Part shown: piece after piece, positions 16,366-25,914 of the stretch | How positions within the stretch are numbered: position 1 is the stretch's first letter | Layout of the letters: the number at the start of each line of letters is the position of its first letter | IMG/VR virus record: IMGVR_UViG_3300037851_000393 | Span: 1 to 42,604 of that record | Length of the DNA: 42,604 nt | DNA from: a virus | Taxonomy: Duplodnaviria; Caudoviricetes | Strand: one strand, 5' to 3' | The notes under the pieces: generated by a model | Told to the model about the DNA's origin: nothing | Seen by the model: only the letters and a program-made list of their open reading frames with translations | Databases searched by the model: none | Made by a program: the position numbers and the translations under genes

Positions 16366-19300
16366 TTAGGCCCTCCCGTCCGCGATCGCGTCGGCGAGGC
16401 TGCGCGACACTTCCTTCTCCACCGTCTCCAGCGTGAACTTGCGCATCTGCTCGACCGTTTCTGCGGTCTGCATCGGGTTCTCGCTGATCGCGAGGTTGAC
16501 GACCGTGTTTACCCCGCCCGCACTGCCTGACTGCTGCCTGAGTTTCTCGGCGATCTTGGCGAACCATCCCTCCATCTGCGGAGGCGTGACGACGGCCTCG
16601 GTCCCGTGGAGCGTCGCGAGCGTGCCGCTTCCGAAGTTCCGGAACCCGCCCGAGCCCTCGGCGAACCCGAGGTCCTCGCGTACCGGGTCGATCACGTCGT
16701 TGCCGGTACGGCGGTCACCGGCGTTACCGCCCCCGCCGCCGCCGTCTCCGGCGTGGACGTTGACAGGGATGTTGAAGCCCTGCGCGAGGACCGCAACCAG
16801 CTCCTCGATCGCCTTGACCGCGGACGCAATGCCTTCCTCCAGCGTCTGGGCGAAGGTGATCCCTGCGTCCTCTAGACTGGTATACGCCTCCCCGTTCTCG
16901 TCGAGCAGGTCGCCGTTCGCGATCATCTGATCGATCATCGGCTTCATCGCCTGCGGGATCGTAGACCCGGCGGCCACGGCGCGGTTGACGTAGTCGGACA
17001 TGTCCGCCGACATCTTCTCGGTGATGATCGAGACGTCGACGCCCGCGGCCTTGAGGAGCGAGAACGACTCGAACAGCTCCATGCCCATCTTGTCGAACCC
17101 GGCCTGGCGGAACTTCGGCCCGAGTTGGTCGATGGTGATGCCGTACTTATCCATCGCCGCGTTGAGCTTCTCGTTCGCCTTGTCCCAGTCCTGGAGGCTC
17201 TTCTTGACTTTCTCCGTCGCGGCGAGGTACTCCTCGGGGGTCTTCGCGTCCCAGATCTCCTGCAGCGACACGCCCGCGTCGGCGGCCTTAGCCTTCAATC
17301 CCTCCATGGACCCACCGGCCATCTCCAGCAGCTCGTCCATCGCCTCGAGCTGCTTATTGACGGCCTCCAGCTGCTTCTTCAGTTGCTCGGGGGTCTTGGC
17401 CTTCATGGCCTTTTCGACGTCGACTCCAGCCTGCTTCGCCTTTTCCTTCAGCTTATCGAGGCCGCCGTGCGACGCGATGAACTCCTCGTTGAGCTTCTTC
17501 ATCTCGGCGCGCATCTTCTTGGCCTTGCCGATGAAGCCCACGATCGCCCCACCAACGGCTCCGATGGCGGTGCCCCACGGGCCGAATGCCGAACCTAGCT
17601 TTGCCCCGGCAGCGGCTCCCTGAAGCGCGCCTCCGAGTTTCTGGACACTCGGGTTTGTGCTCTTATCGAGTATACTCCCGAGCATACCGACAGCGTTGGC
17701 TACGAGGTTCACCTTCATCTTGAACTTCTCCGCGTTAGCCTCGGCCTGAGTCATCTTGCCTGACGAGACGGCTTCGTTCAGCTTCTGGACTTGTTCTCCA
17801 TACTGCTGCCACCCCTGCATCGACGTCCCCAGCATTTGAGCTAGCTGTCCGGCCGTACCTCCGATTGCGTTTCCAAGAATCAGGAGTCCCTCAGTGATCG
17901 ACTGGATCTTCTGAGCAGTAGCAGCGGCTCTCTTTTCGGTTTCGTTCAGGGTCTTCTGTCCCGCTTCACCGAACAAAATAGCTTCTTCACGGGCGCGCTC
18001 CTCCGCAGCGCGGATTTCCTCATAGCGCAGGATGACTAATTCCTGAGCACGGGAGAGGACTTCGCCCTGTTCCGCCGCTTTCAGAAAACCTTCAGCCATG
18101 GACTTGATTTGGTCCTCGGGGATCATGCCGACCGCGCTGATCCCCGCGTCTTCAGGGAGGTTGCCGAACACGTCGGCACCCGCCACCCGATCGAGGGCTT
18201 CCTTGTCGGCGTAGAACTTCTTCAAGTCGATGCCGCCGGTCATCGCGCGGTCCGCCTCGCGCTTCGCCATCTGCTCGTCGAACTCAGCTTTGGCCGCAGC
18301 CGCGTCGCGGAGCCCCTGGGCCAGGGCGTGCATCTCGGGTGTCGCCTTCCCACCCGCGTCTTCCAGCTTCAGTACCTTCTGGGCCAAGTCGTCCATCTGC
18401 TCGACGCCGACGTTGGCGACGCCGCCGATTTCCTTGAGGGCCTCAGCCAGGTCGTCCATCTCCTTTTGGGCTTTCCCGCCCCCGACCGCCGCGAGACCAC
18501 TGGCGAGTTCCTTGATCTTCTTCGTGTGGGTCTCGGCGGCGGTGGCGGACTTCTTCATCGCCGCTTCGTGCTTCTTGCTGGCCTCCTCCGCGGCGTTAAG
18601 GGCTCGGACCTCCTCCTCGGTGACGACGCGGCCCAGCTTCTTGCTGAGGCTGGCGGCCTTGTCTTTGACCTTCGCTGCCTCCTCGTCGGCTTGCAGTTTC
18701 TTCAGCAGCGCGCCACTCTCCTGCTCGATCTGGGCGCGGTAGCGCGCGGAGGCCCCCGAACGCTCGTCCGCAGCCTTCTTCTCTGCGGCGGCCTTGTCCT
18801 GGATCACCTTAATGGCCGCCTGGCTCTTCTCCCCGAGGATCCGCTGCGCCTCGCCCCAGTCCTTGATCTCCTTGCCCGCGACCTTCGACGCTTCTGCCAG
18901 GTCCCGGGCCATCGCCGCCGTCTGCTCTGCGGACGGGGCAGTCTTGTACAGCCAGTCGCCCAGCCACTCGAAGCTCTGCCGCGCTTCGGCGATCGCCCAT
19001 CCGATGCCCTCGATCCCCTTCTTTACTAAGTCGATCGGGGCCATGACGACCTTGATGGCGATGCCGAACAAGCCCCACTTCTCTATGAGCTGATCCACGG
19101 GAGTCGAGGCGGCTTCCCATACGTCTGTTAGGAGAGACATGGCTCCTTCGAACAGGCCGACGGCCGCCGTCGCCTCTTCGAGATTGGCTCGGGTGACCTT
19201 AGCTTGGGCGTCGGCCTTCTCCTGCGCTGACAGCTTGTCCCAGATCGCCTTCTCCGCCGCGTTCTCGGAGTGGGAGTACTTGATGAGGTTTTCCGCGTGT

Positions 19301-20916
19301 AGGAGACCGGCGTCGGAGGCGCGACGGTGCGCCTCCGCGCCGTCCCCCATCGCGTCGGTGGCCGCCGCGACAGCGACGCCCACTGCCGCCGCTCCGGCGG
19401 CCACGGTGGCCCACCCCGCGACCCCGCCGCCTGCCAGACCGGCGAGGTTGGAAAGGTTCATGGTGCTGATGGTCTTGATCTGGGCGCCCGCGCTGACTGC
19501 GGCGGTGCCGAGTTGCTTGAGGCTGTCGACCGGGTGCAGGAAGGCCTTGCCCAGGGTGGCCATGGCCGACGCCCCGGAGGACGCGAAGTTCGCGATGTTT
19601 TGCGCACTCGACGTCGTGATGCTCACCAGCGCCTTCTTCTTGCTGATAAGCAGGTCGAGGCCCTTGGACCAGCTCCCCATACCGAGCGCGATAACCGACC
19701 CCGCCGCCGTCACGGCGGCACCCAGAGCCAACCAGACCTCGGGGAACTTCTGCACGTTCTTCCAGAAGAGGGTTTCCATCTGGATGGAAAGTTCCTTGAG
19801 AGGCTTCATGGCGTTTCCGAGTTTCACCATCGCCTCTTCTTGCTGGCGCGCCATGGAGAGCGCGGCACCGCCGGCGGTGCCCATTCGGGTCTCGTAAGAC
19901 CCGTGGATCTTCTCGCCCTCCTTCAGGACGGCGTTCATCGCAGCCTGCTGCTTCTCCTGCGCCGATAGCTCCTTGACGGTCTTCCCGATCGACAGGGCGT
20001 AATCTTGCTGGGCCTTCTGCATGTTGATGTTGATGCCCACGTTCCGGAGCGTCTCGGTCTGCATCGTCGTGATGCCGTGGATCAGGCGGCTCAAGGCTTC
20101 GGAGGAGTTGATGTTCCCGACGGTACCGGCGTCCTGAGCCAGGCGGGCCAACTTCGTGGCCTTGCCCAGGTCAAGGCCCGCTTGCACCATCTTGTTGATA
20201 GCCTCGCGGGACTTGATCGAGGTGATACCCTGCTTCGCGATGGCAGCAGCGAGCCCGTCGATCTGCTGGGCCGAGTACCCCTGGGTCTCGCCCAGCTTTC
20301 GAGACACATTCTCCAGCATCTCCAGGCGGACGGCGAGGTCCGTAGACTCCACGAGAAAATTCTTGAACTTCCCGGCAGCCTCGGTGACCTTGGCCGTGAC
20401 CTGTCCCGCGATTGCGATTCCGAAATTTGTCACGTCGTCCGTACCGCTGCGGAACGTCTTGTTTATCGCCAGCGCCTCGTCGTGCAGCCGGCTCATCTCC
20501 ATGCCGGACCGCTGCAGCGCGTCGCTCATGCCCTTGTCCATAGCCAGGGCCTGCTCGTGCATCCCGGCCATCGCCATACCGGAACGCTGGGTGTTCTCGT
20601 TGAACGCCTTGTTCATCTGGTTGGCGCTGACCTGGAGCCGGTCCATGCCCTCCGCGGCCTTCGCGAGAGCCTGGTTGTTGGAGAGCACCCGGAAGTACTC
20701 CTCGGTGGTGATCCCGAGCGCCTTGACGGCCTTCTCGGTAAGCTCGCCCGCCTTCGTCAGGTCCTCCAGCTCGTCGCGGTTCTTCTTCACCGCCTCGCGG
20801 GTGACACCGAGGGCGTCCTCTAGACCCCCCATCGCCTTCTCGATCGCGTCGATCGTAGGCGAGGCTTCGTCCAGAAGTTCGAACGCGGCTTGTAGTCGAG
20901 CTACCTCGATGCCCAA
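16366..20916 (-). CDS. Tape measure protein, 1516 aa
   Basis: Very long Ala/Lys/Glu-rich helical ORF with hydrophobic Gly/Ala segments (FGPWGTAIGAVGGAIVG), directly after the frameshifted chaperone; TTG start with GGAGG RBS. Confidence 0.93.
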   Translation of the reverse strand: MGIEVARLQAAFELLDEASPTIDAIEKAMGGLEDALGVTREAVKKNRDELEDLTKAGELTEKAVKALGITTEEYFRVLSNNQALAKAAEGMDRLQVSANQMNKAFNENTQRSGMAMAGMHEQALAMDKGMSDALQRSGMEMSRLHDEALAINKTFRSGTDDVTNFGIAIAGQVTAKVTEAAGKFKNFLVESTDLAVRLEMLENVSRKLGETQGYSAQQIDGLAAAIAKQGITSIKSREAINKMVQAGLDLGKATKLARLAQDAGTVGNINSSEALSRLIHGITTMQTETLRNVGININMQKAQQDYALSIGKTVKELSAQEKQQAAMNAVLKEGEKIHGSYETRMGTAGGAALSMARQQEEAMVKLGNAMKPLKELSIQMETLFWKNVQKFPEVWLALGAAVTAAGSVIALGMGSWSKGLDLLISKKKALVSITTSSAQNIANFASSGASAMATLGKAFLHPVDSLKQLGTAAVSAGAQIKTISTMNLSNLAGLAGGGVAGWATVAAGAAAVGVAVAAATDAMGDGAEAHRRASDAGLLHAENLIKYSHSENAAEKAIWDKLSAQEKADAQAKVTRANLEEATAAVGLFEGAMSLLTDVWEAASTPVDQLIEKWGLFGIAIKVVMAPIDLVKKGIEGIGWAIAEARQSFEWLGDWLYKTAPSAEQTAAMARDLAEASKVAGKEIKDWGEAQRILGEKSQAAIKVIQDKAAAEKKAADERSGASARYRAQIEQESGALLKKLQADEEAAKVKDKAASLSKKLGRVVTEEEVRALNAAEEASKKHEAAMKKSATAAETHTKKIKELASGLAAVGGGKAQKEMDDLAEALKEIGGVANVGVEQMDDLAQKVLKLEDAGGKATPEMHALAQGLRDAAAAKAEFDEQMAKREADRAMTGGIDLKKFYADKEALDRVAGADVFGNLPEDAGISAVGMIPEDQIKSMAEGFLKAAEQGEVLSRAQELVILRYEEIRAAEERAREEAILFGEAGQKTLNETEKRAAATAQKIQSITEGLLILGNAIGGTAGQLAQMLGTSMQGWQQYGEQVQKLNEAVSSGKMTQAEANAEKFKMKVNLVANAVGMLGSILDKSTNPSVQKLGGALQGAAAGAKLGSAFGPWGTAIGAVGGAIVGFIGKAKKMRAEMKKLNEEFIASHGGLDKLKEKAKQAGVDVEKAMKAKTPEQLKKQLEAVNKQLEAMDELLEMAGGSMEGLKAKAADAGVSLQEIWDAKTPEEYLAATEKVKKSLQDWDKANEKLNAAMDKYGITIDQLGPKFRQAGFDKMGMELFESFSLLKAAGVDVSIITEKMSADMSDYVNRAVAAGSTIPQAMKPMIDQMIANGDLLDENGEAYTSLEDAGITFAQTLEEGIASAVKAIEELVAVLAQGFNIPVNVHAGDGGGGGGNAGDRRTGNDVIDPVREDLGFAEGSGGFRNFGSGTLATLHGTEAVVTPPQMEGWFAKIAEKLRQQSGSAGGVNTVVNLAISENPMQTAETVEQMRKFTLETVEKEVSRSLADAIADGRA

Positions 20917-20933
20917 GGTCTAAGCCCTCCCCG

Positions 20934-21311
20934 TCACTTCGAGTAACTGCGGCACAGGCGGCAATCAGCGAAGCCGCCCTTCGGGTGCTGCCTGCGGTGG
21001 TTCAACCGGGCCCTCATCGCCTTGTCCGTGTTCGTCCGAACGGTGTCCATGAGGTCCGAGTTCTTCCAGTGCTTCAGCTTCTGCATGTCGCCCATAGCTG
21101 CATCGTACTCCGCCTTCGCCCGTCCGTAGCTCAGAACCTGAATCGCGAGGAGCGAGAGCTGTTCGGGATCGTTGTCGAGGTCGCGGGCCACGACCGAAGG
21201 TAGGACGCCGAATTCCTTGGCAACCTGAGCGACGATCCAGAGCCGGGCGACGTCCCAGTCTTCCGGCTCCTCGTCGTCGAGGTACTGATGCAGCGCCCTT
21301 AGTCTTTTCCC
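20934..21311 (-). CDS. -1 frame extension of the tail assembly chaperone (gpGT-like C-terminal part)
   Basis: The frame is open from the slippery site (GKRLRALHQYLDDEEPEDWDVARLWIVAQVAKEFGVLPSVV) into track ORF 20934..21191. Confidence 0.85.
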   Translation of the reverse strand, partial: GKRLRALHQYLDDEEPEDWDVARLWIVAQVAKEFGVLPSVVARDLDNDPEQLSLLAIQVLSYGRAKAEYDAAMGDMQKLKHWKNSDLMDTVRTNTDKAMRARLNHRRQHPKGGFADCRLCRSYSK

Positions 21312-21760
21312 TTGACGGCCTCTGCGTCGATTGGCAGGGACATGTCCATGATCGCCTCGAACAGCACCGTCACCGTCTCGGCGTCCAGACCTTCGATCGA
21401 CTCAGCGTTGACCGGCACGGGCTTGCCGTCGATCTTCGCCGTCCAGCTCACGACGCCGCCCTGGAGCACGACGTACTTGTCGTAGTCGTCGAAGGCCGCC
21501 TTGCGGGCCTTCGCCTTCTCCTCGGGGGTCAACTCGACAGGCTCTACGGGCTCGGCAACAGGAGCGGGCTCGATGCCGGCGGCTTCCTTACCCTCGCGGA
21601 ACGCCTTGATGAGTTCGGCGCCGAGTTCACGGATGCCCTGCACCTGATCGGTGCGCCGCGCGGCGCGCGCCTTGTCGAGCGACCGGCCCGACAGCTTCCG
21701 CACGACGACCGTCTCGTCACCGACCTGAACTTCCTTCTGGTACTGCTTCGCGAAGATCAC
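21299..21760 (-). CDS. Tail assembly chaperone (gpG-like), 153 aa
   Basis: Between tail tube and tape measure; ends AAG GGA AAA GAC TAA; GGAGGA RBS. Confidence 0.85.
   Translation of the reverse strand: MIFAKQYQKEVQVGDETVVVRKLSGRSLDKARAARRTDQVQGIRELGAELIKAFREGKEAAGIEPAPVAEPVEPVELTPEEKAKARKAAFDDYDKYVVLQGGVVSWTAKIDGKPVPVNAESIEGLDAETVTVLFEAIMDMSLPIDAEAVKGKD
21305..21311 (-). promoter_or_regulatory. Programmed -1 ribosomal frameshift heptamer G GGA AAA
   Basis: X XXY YYZ in the correct phase, one codon before the chaperone stop, with an open -1 frame. Confidence 0.85.
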
Positions 21761-21838
21761 TGTGCTATCCTCCTTGGCAACTCGGGTGGGACCCGCGAAT
21801 TCGGGACCGTGGCCGGGCTACCGGGTTTCGTTCTCGCC

Positions 21839-22027
21839 TCAGGAACCCTGAGGCGTGTCCAACTTGCGACGGAGTCCAACGGCGAGCCGCATCTCGTCTT
21901 GCGCCCGCTTGGCCTCCGGACTGCCCTCCTCCGCCTCGCCGAGCGCCGCGTACAGGTAGCGCTCCACGATTCGGATGGCACGTCTGGCTTCCGCCAGACG
22001 TGCCGTGTTGCTTACCACCTCGGTCAC
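21839..22027 (-). CDS. Small hypothetical protein, 62 aa
   Basis: GTG at 22027 with AAGGA upstream; helical sequence filling the gap between tail tube and chaperone. Confidence 0.5.
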   Translation of the reverse strand: MTEVVSNTARLAEARRAIRIVERYLYAALGEAEEGSPEAKRAQDEMRLAVGLRRKLDTPQGS

Positions 22028-22037
22028 GAGGTGATCC

Positions 22038-23576
22038 TTACGCCACGTCCAGAATGACGCCCGCGGCGCCGAGTTCGTGGTGCGCAAAGATGACCGCGTT
22101 CTCCTGGCTGCCCAGCGACGGCGATGGCGAGACGCTGCTCGACGCGCTGAGCGAGGGGCTGCGGCTTGGGCTCGCCGACGGGCTGGCCGACGCCGACGGA
22201 GAAGCCGATGCCGACGGGCTGCCGGACGCCGAGGCCGACGGGGACTGAGACGCCGAGGACGACGCGGACGTTGAGGCCGACGGCGACTGCGTCGCGGAAG
22301 GCGACGCCGAGGACGACGCGGACGGAGATGCCGAGAGCGACGGGGACGCCGACAGGCTGGCTGACGGGGACGCCGACGCCGACGGACTCACCGAGGCTCC
22401 GTCCCACGTCCACGAGATCGTCCGGTAGCGCCGCGCGTCGGCGGTAGTGACCCGCTCCGCGGTCCCCGGCTCAGTGAACTGGGAGGACGTGCCGACCGTG
22501 ACCCAGGTCGTCTTGTCGTGGGACGTGCGCACGTTGACCGTGAGACCGGAGTGATCCCCGAGCCACAGCTCCGGGACGTGGATGTCGGCGAACGAGTCGT
22601 TGAGCCCGACCCGCGCCAGCCGTCCACCGGTTCCGCCCGTCGTAATGTTGACGCCGGTCAGCGTGAACGTCGTCGCCGATGGCACCGTCGCGACCTCGGC
22701 CGAGCCGAAGAGCCCAGAGTTGATGTCTGGCACCGCGCCGACGTGGCCGGCGATGAACACGCGGTCACCGACCTGCAGCTCGTGGGCCTGAGAGGTCGTG
22801 ATGACGTCGCTCGCGTTCGACGAGGTGATCCCAATCGAGCGCATGCGTGCGACCGTTCCCCCGGTACCCGCGACCGAGACGTTCACGACCGTGAACGTGT
22901 AGGCCGACGGGACGCTCACGACGAGGTGCCCGGCGGAGCCGTCGAGGCTGTTAAGGCTCGGGGTCGACCCGGTGTGCCCCGCGATGAACGCGAAGTCGCC
23001 TACCTTGAGGCCGTGCTGCGTCCGGGTGGTGATGACGCCGGGGTTGCCGACGGCCGACGAGATGATGTCGACGGCCGGGTCCGGGAACATCGAGTCGGCC
23101 GGGGTCGCCTCGCCGTCGCCGTTCGCTGTGACCTCGTCGAGGCCGTGGAGTACGTGGCCGAAGATTCGCTTGCTGTTGATGACGTGCTCAGCCATGCCGA
23201 CGGTCAGACCGTCGCGCTTCGCGCCGCGGTTGAACTTGGACACGTAGGTGCCGTTCAGCATGATCGAGCCCTGGCCCACGTCGTCGCCGCCGAGGCAGAC
23301 CGCGACGAGCTGCGGAGGGGTGTTCGGGTTCTGCGGCGGGGTGACTGGCTCCATGTACGCCTGGAGCATGCCGACCGCGCGGTCATCGTACAGGCCCTCG
23401 CCGGTGTTGAACATCAACTTGGCGATACCGATCGGGGTGTTCTCCTCGAAGTTGTCACCGAAGGTGTGCGTCTCCTCGATGATGTTCTCCTCCTCGATAC
23501 TCATCTGGTAGCTATCGCCCGATACGTCCACGCCTCCGACGAGGAAGCGGATTTTGGAGGGTGTTGAGAGAGCCAT
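22038..23576 (-). CDS. Major-tail/tail-tube-like protein with two FCCH-like accessory domains and a Ser/Pro tract, 512 aa
   Basis: Canonical position between terminator and chaperone; IEETHTFGDNFEENTPIGI motif; two ITT..HxLxVGD..FIAGH repeats; AAGGAG RBS. Confidence 0.75.
   Translation of the reverse strand: MALSTPSKIRFLVGGVDVSGDSYQMSIEEENIIEETHTFGDNFEENTPIGIAKLMFNTGEGLYDDRAVGMLQAYMEPVTPPQNPNTPPQLVAVCLGGDDVGQGSIMLNGTYVSKFNRGAKRDGLTVGMAEHVINSKRIFGHVLHGLDEVTANGDGEATPADSMFPDPAVDIISSAVGNPGVITTRTQHGLKVGDFAFIAGHTGSTPSLNSLDGSAGHLVVSVPSAYTFTVVNVSVAGTGGTVARMRSIGITSSNASDVITTSQAHELQVGDRVFIAGHVGAVPDINSGLFGSAEVATVPSATTFTLTGVNITTGGTGGRLARVGLNDSFADIHVPELWLGDHSGLTVNVRTSHDKTTWVTVGTSSQFTEPGTAERVTTADARRYRTISWTWDGASVSPSASASPSASLSASPSLSASPSASSSASPSATQSPSASTSASSSASQSPSASASGSPSASASPSASASPSASPSRSPSLSASSSVSPSPSLGSQENAVIFAHHELGAAGVILDVA
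22115..22395 (-). repeat. Coding Ser/Pro tract in the tail-tube-like protein (approximate bounds)
   Basis: SVSPSASASPSASLSASPS... Confidence 0.9.
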
Positions 23577-23579
23577 GTG

Positions 23580-23793
23580 TTACATTTCTCCTTGCAAGGC
23601 GGAGTTCTTTCTGCGCGCCCAAGCCGCCTTCAGCGACGCACTGCGACGTTCCTTTACGTCAGGTCTGTTCAGCCCGGCACTGATCGCCGCGCCGTATTCT
23701 GGTCCCATCTGCTGCCCCTTGTTCCGAGGAACATCCTACGTAGCGAACCCCATTTGCCCGAGGGTCGACCAAGTAGTAAATGTAGAACCTCAT
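23580..23793 (-). pseudogene. Degraded GIY-YIG-type homing endonuclease with internal deletion and frameshift
   Basis: MRFYIYYLVDPRANGVRYVG start joined out of frame to a NUMOD3-like tail VPRNKGQQMGPEYGAAISAGLNRPDVKERRSASLKAAWARRK; stop at 23580-23582. Confidence 0.7.
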
Positions 23794-23990
23794 CCTTCCT
23801 CTTCTTCCGGCAGTGACCCTTTTCCGTGGGACCACTCCCAACCGCAGTGGCAGATGATCCGCCATGTGCGTCCGAAGCCGCGTGCTACTAGTCTCTCAGC
23901 CACGCTCCCGCAACCGGGGCAGGGCTCCTTGTGCTTCGGCGGGTTCGGCTCCGCCTCCGTGTACGGCTTCCCGTCAGCGGCTAGGATCAC
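23790..23990 (-). CDS. Small zinc-ribbon protein, 66 aa
   Basis: GTG at 23990 overlaps the terminator gene stop; CPGCG...ICHCGW. Confidence 0.55.
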   Translation of the reverse strand: MILAADGKPYTEAEPNPPKHKEPCPGCGSVAERLVARGFGRTWRIICHCGWEWSHGKGSLPEEEEG

Positions 23991-24391
23991 GGCGCCACCT
24001 CGGTGTCGCAGATGAAGTTGACCGCCCAGACGCATCGCTGGTTCCCATCGCGCTCCAGCAGGAACGGCGTCTGGTTCGCCGTGATGAGGTTGAAGTTCGT
24101 CGAGCCGATCACCTCGTCCTGCACCTTGACTAGGTCCTCGAAGATCGTCTGGATCATCGCGTGCGGCCCGTCGTAGTCCGTCGCCTCGCCGCGGACCTTG
24201 ACCTGCAAGCCGGGGTTCACGTACTGCAGCCCGGGCCGCCCGAACCCGAGGTTCGGCGGGTTGCCGGCGTACTCGAAGAGGCAGATCACCTTGTCCGGCG
24301 TCGCAGGCATCTCGCCTCGGCGCACGGTCCACCCGTTGAGGGAGAGGGTCAGGATCCGCGTCTTGACGTCCGCCAGCAGGGTCGTGGGCAT
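23987..24391 (-). CDS. Tail terminator ('minor capsid protein' family)
   Basis: GEMPATPDKVICLFEYAG...PGLQVKVRG...QTPFLLERDGNQR...VNF pattern and synteny. Confidence 0.8.
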   Translation of the reverse strand: MPTTLLADVKTRILTLSLNGWTVRRGEMPATPDKVICLFEYAGNPPNLGFGRPGLQYVNPGLQVKVRGEATDYDGPHAMIQTIFEDLVKVQDEVIGSTNFNLITANQTPFLLERDGNQRCVWAVNFICDTEVAP

Positions 24392-24795
24392 CAGCGCACC
24401 CGGTCCGCAACGCGCTGCGCGAAGCCCGGCGCCGCCTTCCGCATCGCGTTCTCCAAGAACTTCGGCCCGCCGGACGTGAACTGGACCGGGTCGCCGTCCG
24501 CCTCAGTCTTGACCCACGAGTACGGCGAGTGCTCCGACAGGTGCTCGTGGACGGCGAGAGCGTACGGTTCGGCGGCGCCCCCGACCTCGATCCGGACCTC
24601 GATCTTGTCGCCGTCGCGGTCGAACACCACCTCGTGGGACGCCTTCAACGTCCCGTACCTCACAGGCGTGTTCGACATCGATTCTTCCTTGACGAGTTCC
24701 ATCTCCTCGACGGCCGCGCGACCGAGCTTGCCCATGATGGCCTCACGGTGCTTCTCCAACGCGGCGCGCAGTCCGGCGAGACCCTTGGTAGTCAT
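24391..24795 (-). CDS. HK97 gp10-like neck / tail-completion protein
   Basis: TPVRYGTLKAS, YALAVHE, KFLENAM. Confidence 0.85.
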   Translation of the reverse strand: MTTKGLAGLRAALEKHREAIMGKLGRAAVEEMELVKEESMSNTPVRYGTLKASHEVVFDRDGDKIEVRIEVGGAAEPYALAVHEHLSEHSPYSWVKTEADGDPVQFTSGGPKFLENAMRKAAPGFAQRVADRVR

Positions 24796-25160
24796 CAGCC
24801 GATCGCCACTTCCTTAATGTACTCGGCGTTTGTCACCGGGTCCACGATGCTGCCCGCCCGCTGGAGCGGGGAGCCCGAGGTCCCGTCGGGCAGGACGAAC
24901 TTGTCCAGGACGCTGATGACGGTCGGGCGCGGGAAGGTGAGCTGCGTGCTCGACGTCACGTCGCGGCCCTCCTTATCCCTCGCCTGCACCCTGTTGTGCT
25001 CGATCACGCACCGGACGGAGCGCGGCGTGCCCCAGGTGATCTTCCCCGAGTCGTCCACCGTGGCGTCCGAGTAGCGATAGTGCTGTACCGTCGCCTGGAG
25101 GCTCATCGTGACGCTATCCGCGATCGCGACGCCCGAGACGATGATTTCACGGAGGCCCAT
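24795..25160 (-). CDS. Head closure (stopper) protein
   Basis: Size, synteny and D..G...WG...RD.EG.DV.S...DKFVLPDG pattern. Confidence 0.7.
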   Translation of the reverse strand: MGLREIIVSGVAIADSVTMSLQATVQHYRYSDATVDDSGKITWGTPRSVRCVIEHNRVQARDKEGRDVTSSTQLTFPRPTVISVLDKFVLPDGTSGSPLQRAGSIVDPVTNAEYIKEVAIG

Positions 25161-25726
25161 TACTTCTTCCCCTGCAGCGTGCCGTCTGAATTTAGCCCGG
25201 TGTGAGATTCGAGGGCATGTCTCGCGGCGATTCGCGCGTCCTGGATGAACTTACGCTCGGCTTTTCCGACCGGATCTGGTCCCGCGAACGCCCCGCCACT
25301 TGTCTTGGGCTTCGACGCACGCGTTACGGCGCTCTTGAACCCCGCGGCAGACTTCTTGACCTGATCGGCCAACGCGTCCGCGACGTCTCGCACGCGCGGC
25401 TTCGATCCTACACCGTGGGGCAGTCTCCGGTAGCCCGCTCCCGCCCGCGCCTCGACTTCAGCTCTCAACTCGTTGACGCGCGCCTGCATCGCCTTTTCAT
25501 CCTCGACCGCCTGCTTCTGGCCACGGGCCGCGAGAACCTCTCGGTTCTGCGCGTAGCCCACGGCTCCTAACCCCGCGTTCATCGCCGAAGTATCGAGCAG
25601 TTTTCCGAGCGAGAGCCGTTGGGCCTCAACGACGTCCTGAGCCTTGGTCAGCTCTGCTCCTGTCATCTTCCCAGGATTGGCCGTCCACTGGTTCCCCCTA
25701 AACTGATGTCCTGGCTTGTCGCCCAT
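25160..25726 (-). CDS. Hypothetical protein with MGDKPGHQFRGNQW leader, 188 aa
   Basis: Leader shared with three other genes; basic helical body; stop/start overlaps on both sides. Confidence 0.75.
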   Translation of the reverse strand: MGDKPGHQFRGNQWTANPGKMTGAELTKAQDVVEAQRLSLGKLLDTSAMNAGLGAVGYAQNREVLAARGQKQAVEDEKAMQARVNELRAEVEARAGAGYRRLPHGVGSKPRVRDVADALADQVKKSAAGFKSAVTRASKPKTSGGAFAGPDPVGKAERKFIQDARIAARHALESHTGLNSDGTLQGKK

Positions 25727-25914
25727 CAGCCCACTCTCTCGAAGACGCCCGCGATCTGCCGCAGGCGCTCACCCACCAGCCCCGCCTCGCGGGACGCGAA
25801 GTCCCTGACGATGGCGGCGAACTCAGCGCGCATGGCCGCCACGATCTCCTCGTGGCCGCGGACGTCGATCGTCACGGTCGCCGCGAGCGTCGGGTCCACG
25901 ATCACCTCAACCAC
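25726..25914 (-). CDS. Small hypothetical protein, about 62 aa
   Basis: Fills the gap between coupled genes; TGATG overlap at 25726; start uncertain. Confidence 0.5.
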   Translation of the reverse strand: MVEVIVDPTLAATVTIDVRGHEEIVAAMRAEFAAIVRDFASREAGLVGERLRQIAGVFERVG

